A stretch of DNA of 64,000 nucleotides. It comes from Squalus acanthias (taxonomy: Eukaryota). The stretch is taken from positions 28,024,001-28,088,000 of the forward strand of contig CM059425.1 of assembly GCA_030390025.1 (NCBI GenBank), read 5' to 3'. The first letter of the stretch is position 1, and the number at the start of each line of letters is the position of its first letter. Positions 50,829 to 63,600 of this stretch are shown piece after piece. A program made the position numbers and the translations under genes. Below the pieces are notes generated by a model. That model was not told the DNA's origin. It saw only the letters and a list, made by a program, of their open reading frames with translations, and did no database searches.

Positions 50829-52220
50829 GAAGAGTTTCAGCTCATTGTCTCAAAGAAAAGATGCATATGTTTATGTAATACTAAAATTAAGATCCTGTGT
50901 CAGAGCCAGAAGGAAAAGAAAATCTTATGCGATTAGTTGATGCTCTTCCATTGATTATTTATTAAAGGCTGGATTAACTGCCTTATTGGAACTGGCTTGA
51001 CGTCCCTTGTTTAGTAACTTAAGAGATTATGATGTTTTGTGACAAGTGAACCTCAGAAATTGTTTTCAGTGGAAGTTCTTTGAGTATGCTAAAATCTTAT
51101 TTACAAGTAATGAGATCCAAGTCATCATTTTCCACTTGGCATAAAAACCCTCTCAATGGAACATTTTCTCGATGTTATTGTATCATACTGTATAATGTAG
51201 TAGGTCCGGTGCCTTAAATCTTTCCCATTCAATTAAAGTTTGGCCATATGAATGCCGCATCTGGCTATTCCTCTGGCATCGTTGCTCCACAGTGCAGCTG
51301 GGGCTGAAGTTAACATGTCCTCTTTCTGTTCCCTGTTTGAAGATAGGGAATGGGAGTCTTTATAGATTCAAAAAAGTGCTTTATTTCGGGGGTTGGGGGT
51401 GGGGGTTAATGTGGAAGGTTCTTCTTCCGGGTGAGTTCTTTTCTTTTTGGGAAAGTTCAGAATTGCTTTGAAGTTCTCTAAAAGACCAATGATAGCTGAC
51501 CAGAGATCCAGAGTAAGAATAGTAATAGAATCCACCTAATTAATTCAAAATGTAATTTAATTACTTTTTCAACACAAATGGACAGAAATCTAAGTTCATA
51601 CTAACTTGTGTTTTAAAAGAACTTAGGGAGTAGCCCAAGGGCTGGGTATGCTGTGAAGGATACCTTTACTGTCCTTTGCACTGGCATTTTAAAAAAAAGT
51701 ATCATTTATTTGTTGTTGTTGTTGTTTGTTAGTATATTTTGCCACATTCCATCTCTTCCTCTTACTCTACCCAGCCCCTCTTGCAACTTTTACTTCCAGG
51801 TCTCTGTATAAACAACCTATCCTTTTCTCATTGCAAAGTTGAAGGCCCTCTTGCAGGCAGCCTTATCACCAGCTGTCAGTCATCTGCAAGAAAGGAATTG
51901 TGAGAGACAGTTCAGACTCTCTACAGTGCAATTTAAATTAACTACTGTAAAGGTTTGCAGGACAGAGAGATACGTGCTGCTCACCTTGCAGTCTCCAGCC
52001 TCACTCTGAAAGGGTATTTTTTTTCTTGCCTTTTACGCCAACCAAGCACCTTGAGGCGCCATTGGCTCCATTCCAGTTACATTTCAATAACTCTCACAGA
52101 TTGCGCTGATTCATGGGTGATTTTAAGCTCGGGCTTATGGTAATTAGTTTGCGCGGAAACTTGGGCTCAATTTCACCTTGGCCATACGGGCACATTTTCG
52201 GGCGTATTTTCCCGATTGCG

Positions 52221-54240
52221 CCTCCTCATCCTTCTTGACTTATCTGCAGCCTTTGACACGGTTGACCACTCCATCCTCCTCCTACGCCTCTCCACCGTCG
52301 TCCAGCTGGGTGGAAATGCTCTCGCCTGGTTCCATTCTTATCTATCTAATCGTAGCCAGAGAATCACCTGCAACGGCTTCTCTTCCCGCTCCCGCATCGT
52401 TACCTCTGGTGTCCCCCAAGGATCTATCCTTGGCCCCTCCTATTTCTCATCTACATGCTGCCCCTTGGCGACATCATCCGAAAACACAGCTTCAGTTTCC
52501 ACATGTATGCTGACGACACCCAGCTCTACCTCACTACCAATTCTCTCAACCCCTCCACCGTCTCTAATTTGTCAGACTGCTTGTCCGACATCCAGTTCTG
52601 GATGAGAAGAAATTTTCTCCAATTGAATATTGGGAAGACTGAAGCCATTGTTTTTGGTCCCCGCCACAAACTCCGTTCTCTAGCCACTGACACCATCCCT
52701 CTCCCTAACTGCTGTCTGAGGCTGAACCACACTGTTCGCAACCTTGGTGTCATATTTGACCCTGAAATGAGCTTCCGACCACAAATCCGCAGCATAACTA
52801 AGACCGCCTATTTAAGAACATAAAAAGTAAGAGCAGGAGTAGGCCATACGGCCCCTCGAGTCTGCTCCGCCATTCAATAAGATCATGGCTGATCATCAAC
52901 CTCAACTCCACTTTCCCGCCCGATCTCCATATCCCTTGATTCCCCTAGAGTCCAAAAATCTATCTGTCTCAGCCTTGAATCTACTCAAAGACTCAGCATT
53001 CACAGCCCTCTGGGGCAGAGAATTCCAAAGATTCACAACCCTCTGAGTGAAGAAATTCCTCCTCATCTCAGTCTTAAATGGCCTACCCCTTATCCTGAGA
53101 CTATGCCCCCTAGTTCTAGACATTCCAGCCAGGGGAAACAACCTCTCAGCATCTACCCTGTCAATCCCCTTCAGAATCTTGTATGTTTCAATGAGATCAC
53201 CTCTCATTCTTCTAAACTCCAGAGAGTATAAGCCCATTCTACACAATCTCTCATCATAGGACAGCCCTCTCATCCCAGGAATCAATCTAGTGAACCTTCG
53301 TTGCACTGCCTCCAAGGCAAGTATATCCTTCCTTAGATAAGGAGACCGAAACTGTGCACAGTACTCCAGGTGTGGTCTCACCAATGCCCTGTACAATTGT
53401 AGCAAGACTTCCTTACTCTTATACTCCAACCCCCTTGCAATAAAGGCCAACATGCCATTTGCCTTCCTTATTGCTTGCTGTACCTGCATGCTAGCTTTCT
53501 GTGTTTCTTGCACAAGGACACCCAAATCTCTCTGAACACCAACATTTGAAAGTTTCTCACCATTTAAAATATATTTCCACCTCTGTAACATCACCCGTCT
53601 CTGCCCTTGCCTCAGTTCATCTGCTGCTGAAACCCTCATCCATGCCTTTGTTACCTCTTGACTTGACTATTCCAACGCATTCCTGGCTGGCCTCCCACAT
53701 TCTACCCTACATAAACTTGAGGTCATCCAAACTCGGCTGCCCGTGTCCTAACTCGCACCAAGTCCCATTCACCCATCACCCGTGTGCTCGCTGACCTACA
53801 TTGGCTCCCCGTTAAGCAACACCTCGATTTCAAAATTCTCATCCTTGTTTTCAAATCCCTCCATGGCCTCACCCCTCCCTATCTCTGTAATCTCCTTCAG
53901 CCCCATAATCCCCCGAGATATCTGCGCTCCTCTAATTCTGGCCTCTTGAACATCCCTGATTATAACGCTCAACCATTGGTGGCCGTGCCTTCTGTTGCCT
54001 AGGCCCTAAGCTCTGGAATTCCCTGCCTAAACCTCTCTGCCTCGCTACCTCTCTTTCCTCCTTTAAGACGTTCCTTAAAACCTACCTCTTTGACCAAGCT
54101 TTTGGTCACCTGCCCTAATTTCTACTTATGTGGCTTGGTGTCAAATTTTTTGTATTTTAATACTCCTGTGAAGCGCCTTGGGACATTTTACTTTGTTAAA
54201 GGCGCTATATAAATGCAAGTTGTTGTTGTTGTTGTTGTTA
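52221..54240 (+). mobile_element. L2 LINE, 5'-truncated, interrupted by a CR1
   Basis: [37 protein letters not shown]; (GTT)n tail at about 54219-54239. Confidence 0.93.
52814..53571 (-). mobile_element. CR1 3' fragment nested in the L2
   Basis: Open ORF2 C-terminus; tattt duplicated at 52809-52813 and 53572-53576. Confidence 0.93.
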
Positions 54241-54625
54241 TTTACTGTAATACTTAACAGCCCAATTTATTTAACGATATGGGTAATGTTCTACCAAGAG
54301 CCCACATCAATGGTGTATTCCATTTCTTCCATTAAAGTAAAATGCCATCTTTGCAGGTCTTCAGTATCGTATCCTCAATTAATGTCCAAAATGAGAAGAT
54401 AGTAATGCATTATTAATTGGGGCCAATTTTAAGCCACTCTGATGGGTAGGAAAAGGACGGGAGTGACCTGAAAATCACTGTGCTTTACTTACTGCCCTGT
54501 TCCCACTCCATTCCCACCCGCTGCCATTTTCCTGGGGCCCTGCACATGGGTGGCCCAGGCACCTGCCTATTTGTAGGCGGGAGACTCATTTCAATATGGT
54601 CCCTGGGGTCCTATAATGTACCTAT

Positions 54626-54932
54626 AAAAAGTATTTCCAATGGTTATTGAATCAGTAACTAGAAGGCATATATTTAAGATCATTAGCAAAAGAATCAAAG
54701 GAGAGGGTCGGAGTTTTCATTTACAATGGACTGTTGTTAGGACCTGGAATGCCTTACCAGAAACAGTGGTGAAAGCAGAATCAGTAATAGCTTTTAAAAG
54801 ATAAATTGATAAATGTTCGAAAAAGAAAATGTTTTAAACGTCAGGGAAATGGGGCTAAGTGGATAGCTCTTTTCGAGAACCAGTACAAGGGGTCAAATAG
54901 CCTCCTTCTGTGCTGTAAAATTCTATCATTCT
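54626..54932 (+). mobile_element. Old CR1 3' end, preceded by a MITE remnant (about 54419-54625)
   Basis: Decayed TRGH..K...WNALP..VV.A coding segment and gcctccttctgtgctgtaa tail. Confidence 0.65.
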
Positions 54933-55445
54933 CGATATCAACTGATTATTGTACTTTTTAAAATTGCGTACATAGCTCCGAAAATGTTGATGGAATCTAG
55001 AAGCAAAATAAACTGATTGGTTTACTGCAAGAGCTCGGATGTCACCTCATCACGTTTGAATTAAAATGATAGCCTTTGCCATTATTGCGTACAACATCGT
55101 TTTCATTAGTCATTGGCTGTTGTGTCAGATGAGCCAAACACTTGAATAAAATACTGAGATTTGCCACTGAGCAGAGTAATTAGGGGATTTGGCAATGTGC
55201 ACCAGCTGTGCTGTGAATATTTCAACCATTATCATTACAGCTGTGTCTCTACATCCTGTACATTAAACATCAGTAGGATTTTAGGAGCATTGCTGTACCT
55301 TTTTATTTCACATTTTCATAATTTAGATCAAACACAACAGATAAGAACCAAGTTGAAATTCTGATTGACTAATGAGATTTATGCACGCATTATTACTTTC
55401 TGACACTGAAAATACATTGTCGCGGAAGGAACGTACAGCAGTCCC

Positions 55446-55645
55446 TGACAGATCCTTCCACACTAATTCAACTTATTTATAGCTGATGGTACAGCCACCT
55501 CTTTTTGATGGGTCTTAGGAGTTGACAGTAGCATGAGTTTGGCTCTCTGAGACGTGGCTGTCAGCTTGGTATTGTTTAAAACGTGCGGAATGGAAATGTT
55601 ACATGATGCGACTGACAGGTGAGGCTGTTGCTCTATGGCCTGTCA
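55446..55645. promoter_or_regulatory. Candidate enhancer: five TGACAG (MEIS/TGIF/PKNOX-type) motifs
   Basis: TGACAG at 55446, 55523 and 55613; CTGTCA at 55558 and 55640; no recognisable repeat. Confidence 0.4.
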
Positions 55646-55870
55646 TGCTGAGAATGAAAAAAGGGAATGGTATTCAAATAATCAATTATTCAGCATAAAT
55701 CAATTAAATTTCCACATAATACTAGTATTTACCAGAGCTAGTTAAGCATACATGAGGGAAGTGTTCTCGGTGTATAGCTCTGTAAAAAGTCACTGAATTA
55801 GCCCCATCATGTTTTGTCTTTCCAGTGCCCTATATTATGCTGTTATATCACCTTGATCTGTTATTTCCTT

Positions 55871-55883
55871 CCAGCAGATGGCA
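55871..55883 (+). promoter_or_regulatory. CTCF-like core motif
   Basis: CCAGCAGATGGCA fits CCASYAGRKGGCR. Confidence 0.4.
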
Positions 55884-55984
55884 ATGGAAATAACTGACAA
55901 CTTATATCAATCACTCATCTCGTTTGTTGTTAAAAGAAAATGTCTGTCTGTTTTAAGTTTTAGATCCAGTTTTAAAAATTCAAT

Positions 55985-56576
55985 GGCCTAGAAATTCATT
56001 GGTGCCCCGCCTGTATTTCAAGCACAAAACGGGCACTTAAGCGTCCAATTTTGGATCGGGCTGCTCCATAGGCGCCTAGGGCATGCACTGGAAGCATGTT
56101 AAATGCTGAATAATGTATTTAAATAAAGATCCTACACTTGTGATAAACTCGCTCATCAACTCAAGGCATTAAGAGGCAGGAAGGTTTGCAGCAACTCTAT
56201 TTAAAGGGCTCATTCACTACATATGGGTTGGCTGCTGGTTTGTCTTTTTCGGCTGCTGGTTAATTTCTGGTTATGTTTTGGCCTGTTTTCTAACTTGTAA
56301 AAGTTAATTCTGACATCTGCAAAGTTTTTCTGCTGGTGCTGCCTGTTTTCGGCTGCGTTTTACTGCAGTCATGGATGGTTTAAAAGGACTGCCTTTGGGG
56401 CTGGACAATGAGGGGGGTGCAGCAAAGCAGACAGGAGATAGCAGGAGAAGCTGGGCGAAGAGGGAGGAGGAGGGGGTGGGCACTGCGCAGGAGGCCATAC
56501 CCACAGCAGGTCTTCAGGGAGCACTTCTCCTACCTGAAGTTCTCTGAGGAGCAATGTATGAGGTTCCTTCGCTTCA
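55985..56576 (+). mobile_element. Harbinger terminal fragment with transposase N-terminus, truncated by a Penelope element
   Basis: TIR GGCCTAGAAATTC; ALRRRPYPQQVFREHFSYLKFSEEQCMRFLRFT matches the start of the Harbinger B transposase. Confidence 0.82.
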
Positions 56577-57172
56577 CTCCCACTGAGACCTCACCGTCCT
56601 CGGCCTCTTGCATTGTTCCATGGAAGCTCAGCATAAGCTCGAGGAACAGCACCTCATCTTTCGATTAGGCACTTTACAGCCCTCTAGACTCAACATAGAG
56701 TTCAACAATTTCAGATCATAACCTCGGCCCCTATCAAATATATATATATTTTTTTATCCACACTTTTTGTTTGGCCTTTTTTCTTCCCTCCTACATGGCA
56801 GCTGTCCTTCATTCTGCCAGTGCAATTCACACTTCATCGAGAGCCATCCTTTGTTCCTTCACCTGTCCCATTACCACCTCCTCATGCCTTGAATATCTCT
56901 TAATGTCTCTCAATGTCTCTTAATCTCTCCTGCCTTCCATCCTATCACTGACCTTCCCTTTTGTTCTTTCATCCCCTCCCCCTTTTCCCAGCCCCTAAAC
57001 TTGCTTTAAAATCTATTCCATTTCCTGCTTTTTTCCAGTTCTGATGAAAGGTCTTCGACCTGAAACGTTAACTCTGTTTCCCTCTCCACGGATGCTGCCT
57101 GGCCTGCTGAGTTTTTCCAGCGTTTTCTGTTGTTATTTCGGATTTCCAGCATCCGCAGTATTTTGCTATTGT
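56577..57172 (+). mobile_element. Penelope-like 3' fragment, same family as 28956-30715 in opposite orientation
   Basis: KLEEQHLIFRLGTLQP..LNIEFNNFRS stop, followed by the shared terminal repeat. Confidence 0.92.
57037..57073 (+). ncRNA. Minimal hammerhead ribozyme motif
   Basis: aguu-CUGAUGA-a-AGGUC-uuc-GACCU-GAA-ACGU-U-aacu. Confidence 0.72.
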
Positions 57173-57560
57173 ATCTGTATATCTTTATTTCTCTTCCAAA
57201 ATCATTATTTTTAAAGTCTGCCTTTTTAAAAGAACATTGAGCCATCCCATCCACACTGTATCTCATGCCCTATATAGTCATTCTTTGTGAGTTTGGTTTA
57301 TTTATTCCATGGTCAACATTGGGAGAAGTTCTTGCTGCTCTCTGAAGCTATCTAGGGCCAGGTTTTTTATATTTATACAAGGAAGAAAACAAACAGATCA
57401 AGTACATGGGGTCATCGCAATTAAGCTAGACGTCATCACAGTAATACATTCAACAAGCCTAAAGGCAAGATCCAGGCATTGCCTCTACTCTGGATATCTG
57501 TGTTCCAGGAATTGAATTACTGATTACGTTACAAAAACACCATGTGCTTTTCTATAGTGG

Positions 57561-57663
57561 TCATGATGCGGAGATGCCGGTGTTGGACTGGGGTGGACAA
57601 AATTGAGAGGTCGCACAACACCAGGTTATAGTCCAACAGTTTTATTTGAAATCACAAGCTTTT
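57561..57663 (-). mobile_element. Short Penelope-terminus insertion with 13-bp TSD
   Basis: ttttctatagtgg at 57548-57560 and 57664-57676; homology to the other copies stops inside the hammerhead motif. Confidence 0.8.
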
Positions 57664-58179
57664 TTTTCTATAGTGGCAGCCCACCTACGTCTTGAGGGTT
57701 TCCATCTGTATCCTTATTTGGACAATTGGCTGGCAATAGCTTTGTTGAAATAGGTCAGTATGAGCTGTTCAGAATCCAGCTTTCAGATTACAGCAGTTAA
57801 AGCTTTTGAAAAACCTGAAAATGCGCAGATGGAATGTTCCCAGAATATCATCTTAATAGGAACTGAATTCCAGCCTTTCAAATAATAGTCTTCGTGCCAA
57901 AGGAGCATTTGCACTACAGGAAATGGGATACTAAAACAGCCTATTTCAGGACTCGGGGAATGTTGAGATCCCAGACGGTTTAATGAAAGGAAAGTACAGG
58001 AGGTGTATATCTTTTACAAAGTACCTTCCCTTTATATATAAAACAAATCTGAAAGCTGTATGCTGAACAACTCAAAGTGGCTTATTCCAAAAAACATCTG
58101 CCAGTTGTCCAAATATAGCTAGCGATGTAATTTAAAGAAATATCACAATTACAATATAATTTGTATTTACAGAGCACCA

Positions 58180-58839
58180 GCTCTATTCAGGCAAGATAGT
58201 GAAGTGATGGCTTCTGGGAGACATGATGTATCCCTTGCTTCAGTGCCTCGTGACCCCACTTTGGCTGCCAAACTCACCAGTGAATATCGCTACAATAAGG
58301 CCCCTGTATCCACCAGAGTGGTCATTGAGGGGACTCTCGGGATTCTGAAGGCACGCACTGCCACTGCCACCTTCCTCCACACGCTGACTGCTTTAGGTGG
58401 CTTCCTTCCCTATGAGCCCAGTAGGTGATTGCTCTTGTGGCATATTTCCTCCTGGAGGATATGTATAGGTTGGCATCTCCAAAACTCTGGGCTCGCCTCC
58501 TTTTGCCACCGCTTGCCTGATGCCTTTTTGTGCAAACCACCAGTGTGTGAAGTTGAAGGCATGAAGAAGTCTTGAGAAATTAAAACGGAATCTTTTGGTA
58601 CGAAATCGCTGCAGTTGAACATTCTGACAAAAGTTGGAGGAGTAAACACACACCACACTTCCCTGCTGCGCCTCCAAAAACCTGCTGCCACCTTAAGTTG
58701 CTGCCGCTCTTTAAATCCTGTAGCAACAGGTTTCTGCCCCAAGTGATTTACCCCCATGTTACACAAATTTAGGAAAGGGCAGAAGTCCTGCCCGACTGGC
58801 ATTACTGCAGCACAAATGGCGAAGCGGATTTCTGAGGCC
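58180..58839. mobile_element. Ancient, internally deleted Harbinger remnant
   Basis: + strand EYRYNKA..STRVVIEGTLGILKAR...GGFLPYEP (transposase C-terminus); TIR-like gatttctgaggcc at the right end. Confidence 0.65.
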
Positions 58840-59129
58840 ATTGTCTGTAATATGTTTCACACAATGATGTTTCTTTAAAAGTTTTGTTGGATAAGCTTGG
58901 ACTGTGGTGGCTTTTCTCTCTTATGATAATTAACAGTAGGTGGTTGAAGCACCTCAGCACCTCTTGTTTCAGTGCTCTTAGTTCAATCCCAGAAAGCTCA
59001 ATCCTACTTCAAGTTCACTATGACAATGTAATGAAGTATGCAACATTCCATGAAGATGTGACAAGCCTTTGAAGTATCAGAGTGCACCAACAAAGAAATT
59101 AATTACTCCATCTACTCTCCTCAGCACCG

Positions 59130-59468
59130 ACTTGCTGTGGCTGCAATCTACATGATGCACTGTAGCAACTCAGCAAGATTATTTTGACAGCATTTCTCTC
59201 CCCTGCGATCTCTACCACTGATAGGGCAAGAGCAGCAATCTTGTGGGAACATCATCACCTCCAAGTCACACACCATCCTGACTTGGGCCATGTATCACCG
59301 TTCCTTCATTGTCACTGGGTCAATATCCTGGTATTCCCTATCTAACACCATTGTGAGAGCATCACAAGGACTGCAACGGTTCACGAAGACCCGTCAGCAT
59401 CTTTGCAGAGCAACGAGGGATGGGCAATAAATGTGGTCTTACCAGCATCACCCACATCTCGAGAATAA
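59130..59468 (+). mobile_element. Degraded 3' fragment of the LINE family at 1070-1935
   Basis: Reverse-complement similarity to about 1075-1450. Confidence 0.75.
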
Positions 59469-60527
59469 ATAGTTTACTTAATGTGTTTCAATAAAAACTC
59501 AAAGGAAAAGAGATTGTAAGTTTTTCAAATATCAAAAGAATGTGCTTAGTAGCAGGACTTTTGCAATCACAGTAGGAGGAATCAACCCCCCAATTAAGGG
59601 ACAGGCATACATTTGAAAGTGACACTTTAGCAGAACAGACAGATCTAATCCAACAAGTAGGCGAACCATGGACAGCCATCTCTTTTAGATTTATAATTTG
59701 AGAATAATGCAATTAGACATTCTGAGCAATTTAAGCATTCATGCAATGTCCAACATGGGACCCCAGAACCGTTCAACAATAAACACATCCTGACAGCCTT
59801 AACAATAAGTGCAAATTTTTGCATTCAGTCAGAGAGGCCCTTTTAATCAGCTAGGAATTCTGCTTTGAAAAGAACAAAAATAAACAACATACCTTGTGAC
59901 AACATGTCTAATCCACTCATATTTTAATAACACTCACTTTTCCAGTGAAGCCAGTCAAGGGTAAACATCTTTATTTTCTTGCATCTCAAAACAGCAAATG
60001 AATTTTTTTGAATTACATTATGTTTTTGTTGATAACTAACAGTAGACTTAATCAAAAATGTAAATAAATATTAATATTTTCAATTGGAAGTGTATTGTTT
60101 AATTAACAAAGGTATCACATGTATTCTATTTGTTCATCCTCGTCCAAGTGTCTCTGTAGGAACCAAGCTAACACACGAAACAGTCATTTATACAGTAACG
60201 AGAGGTAATGTGAATAATAGTAGCACTGTTTTATGTCAACATCATCTATCAATGCCTCTCTGTATTCGAGATGGCAACGAAATTGGCGCTTAAACATGTC
60301 TCATTTACTTGTAGATGCCAAGCCAGTTGTGCTCTCTGGTTGAGTATGCTGTTCATCACCAAGTGGAAGAACAAATGTTCCATTGTGATGGGGAGTTCCT
60401 GATGATGAAGCAATCAGAACCAGTAAATCAAACCGTGTCTCTTTCTCTGGTTGTTGATGCCATAATCAGTGACTTCAGTTTGTTAGACAACCTGCGGGCA
60501 CGGATGTTAGAAATTTATATTTAATAA

Positions 60528-60680
60528 CAAGTGCCAGAGGACTGGCGGACAGTTAATGTGATTCCTATATTTAAAAAGGGAGCTAGAACAAGTCCAGGGA
60601 ATTAAAGACCAATTAGCTTAACGTCGGTGGTAGGAAAGATAATGGAATCCTTGCTCAAAGATGTAATAGAAAAACTTCTA
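60528..60680 (+). mobile_element. CR1 RT fragment
   Basis: VPEDWRTVNVIPIFKKG.R..PGN.RPISLTSVVGKIMES. Confidence 0.85.
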
Positions 60681-63600
60681 GGCCTAGAAATTCGTTAGCC
60701 CCCCGAAAACAGGCATGGGTTGATTGCGTGAACTTTGTGTTGCCTGCTCATTTCCATGATTGCGGCATTCAGCCCAGTACTGAACACGCTGCTGAGTGAC
60801 TGAATGCTCAGCAGGGAACCCAAGTTTGTGCGAGGCTAGCACCACTTAAAGCTAGCCTGCACTACTTAAAGGCAGTCTTCACCTCTTAAAGGGGAGGTAC
60901 ATCTTGTCTGCAACAGCTCATGCAACTGGCTGGAGAAGACAGTGAGAGGAGGAGAAAAGAAAAATTACGTCACAACAGGGGAGAGAGCATGCACCTAGGC
61001 TCTACGATGCAGCACTGGAGGCCTTGGTGCAGGAGGTCAACTCAAGGAGAGAGATTCTCTTCCCACAGGGTGCCAGGAGGCTCTCCAGGCAACAGTGTAA
61101 AGCCCAATGGGAGCAGATAGCCAATGTGGTGAATGCCAGCAGTTTTGCCCTGAGGAACTGGACTCAGTGCAGGAAGAAGTTTAATGACCTCACACGAGTG
61201 GTCAAGGTCAGTAAATTAATCTTCAAATGCCATATCCCACCATCTGCACCATTAGCCTCACACACTGCTCAATGCACCACACCCCCATCACTCACCTACC
61301 AACAATCTCTACCAAACACAACTCATCCCTCACATTCATAGCACTGCTGCAAGCCTCACACCCACATCGCACACCTTGCACACACTGTCAGCTATTCAAC
61401 CACGACAGGCACATCATCCAAACACATTGCACTACACTCACTGACACACTTCCTTTCCCTTTACAGGAAAAGGTGGCTTACAACCAGCGCCAGCAGGACC
61501 TAACCAGCAGGGAAAAGCGTGCCTGCATAAGCTGACCCCCATGGAGGAGACAGTGCTGGCCAATCTTGGCAGGGGCATGGCTGAGCCCATGGCCAGCAGC
61601 AGGGCTGAAAGAATAAAAGATGACGGTATCCTCATACATAATCCTCTTTCTCACATCTCACTTCCCCCTCATCCCACAATCTCTTCTGATTTATAAGCTG
61701 CACATGGTGTAAGTATGCACATCTTGCTTTCTTCCCCTCCCCTCACCACAACCCTACCCTTGTGCCAAGAAATCCAACCTGTCCAGCCAGTGATGCAAGA
61801 AGAAGAGGGAGAGGAGAGTGATGATGAAAAAGAAACACCGTCACTCGAGCTGACACTCGCAGCCACCAGCTCAGATACTGGCACTCCGCGGACCTCAGAG
61901 GGTAGCTTAGAGGCAGGAGCTGCACGTGGTGAGTCACCAGACACGAGTGGGCTGCAGCCAGGGCAGGGGGAAAGGGTAGCGCAGGTGCCAGCTCCCCGGA
62001 GGGCGAGGTCACACATGAGTTCTGCTGCAGGGGACTCAATGAGGACTTCAATGGAGCAGCCTACAGAAGAAGGCTGATGGCTATGCACAACAAAATGCTT
62101 GGTGCATTGGCAGGCCTGCCAGAAAGCCTGAGTGCAATGTCAAGGAGCATGGAGGAGTCCGGCACAAACCTTGCACAGGGCTTTGCGCAGAGCTTGGAGC
62201 CCATCCTTTCCAGCATGGAAGTGATGGCCAACTCCATTAGTGCACTTGTGGACCCAACCATGGTGCAGTGTCTGATGGCCAATGTCTCAGCTTCCATTGT
62301 AGCACAAACAGAAGCCACCCAACATCTGAGTGCTGCAGTGGAAGCTCAGACTTCTGTCAAGCAAGCTTAGACTGCTGCCATTGTGGCTGCGTTTACCAGT
62401 GTGGAAAGGAGCTTGCAGGGTGTCACAGCAGTCCAGCAATCTGTCCTCCAACAGATTACTAGGAGAGCTGAGACGCCACCCTGGGGGAGTGGCAGTGGTT
62501 CCGTGGAGTACGAATTTTCTGTCCTCTCTCAGGATGACAGTATTCGTCCTCCCACCACTGCCACTCCGCCAGTGCCGTGGCACTTGCCTGTCAGCCAGCC
62601 AGCCCGGACTGCTGCCGCCCATGCTGAGGTGGTGCAGTTCACAGCTGGGGCTTCCAGGCCCAGAGCTGCTCGAGGTCATCCTGCAAGGCCATGTGCAGTC
62701 TCCCCCATTGAAAGCCAGCAGCCTTCCACAAGCCATGCTGCAGCCACTGGGGAAACACTTTGTAGGAGCACTAGGACAAGCAAAGGCACACTGAAGACAG
62801 GCACTAAGGCAATGCACAAGGGTGATTAGTTGATTTTGTTATGTAATATTGGATGGATTGATGTGTAAAGTCAGATTGGAATGTTTCTTTTGTGGTGGCT
62901 CTTATTTCAGCATTGTGGCCAAGAGGATGCTGTGATGGTCAGTAACAGAGGGAAGGTAAGGTGTGGGACTATTTTTGAATGGGGAATGCGTTCACTCGTA
63001 CCGCAATTGGATGAGTCGATCTTGGACAGCCCGGGCAGAAAGGGGCTGTCTGGGTTGCCTCCTCCCTTCTGCTTTCTCCTCTTCTGCTTCCTCCTCCTCC
63101 TCTTCCTCCTCCTCAGCTGGTCGCCATATGCCTGGTGCAAGGGCTGTGCCCTCATGATGGCGAGGTTGTGGAGCATGCAGCAGACCACGACAAATCTTGA
63201 GACGCGCTCTAGTGAGTACTCCAGAGCGGTTCAGGCAGCAGAAGCGTTGTTTGCCAATGGTCTGCTCTATCAGATTCCGTGTGGCAGCACAGCTTTCATT
63301 GTACGCATGCTGCCCATGTGTGGTTGGGTTGTGGAGCGGAGTCATGAGCCAGGTAGTCAGCGGAAAGCCCTCGTCACCCAGGACCTACCCTCTAGTTTGT
63401 TGTGGTGGCTCAAAGACTGAGGGAACAGCAGGCTGGCACAAAATAAAAGCATCATGACTGCTGCCAGGATACCGAGCATTCACCATCATGATGATCTGAG
63501 CGTGGTCGCACAGCAACTGCAGTTGCGGTACATCTCAGCATTTAGATGCGGCACCCGCAAAGCCACATGCGTGCAGTCGATGGCGTCCTGCACCATGGAG

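Noticed and set aside
52902-53639. 245-aa ORF with a novel N-terminus
   Set aside because: The first residues are antisense L2 sequence that happens to be in frame with a truncated CR1.
59120-59140. REST/NRSE site (tcagcacc)
   Set aside because: Only the left half-site is present, at the edge of a LINE fragment.
54900-60500. UNC79 terminal exons expected on the minus strand from mammalian synteny
   Set aside because: I could not find the recalled UNC79 C-terminal peptide in any frame; it probably lies beyond the window.
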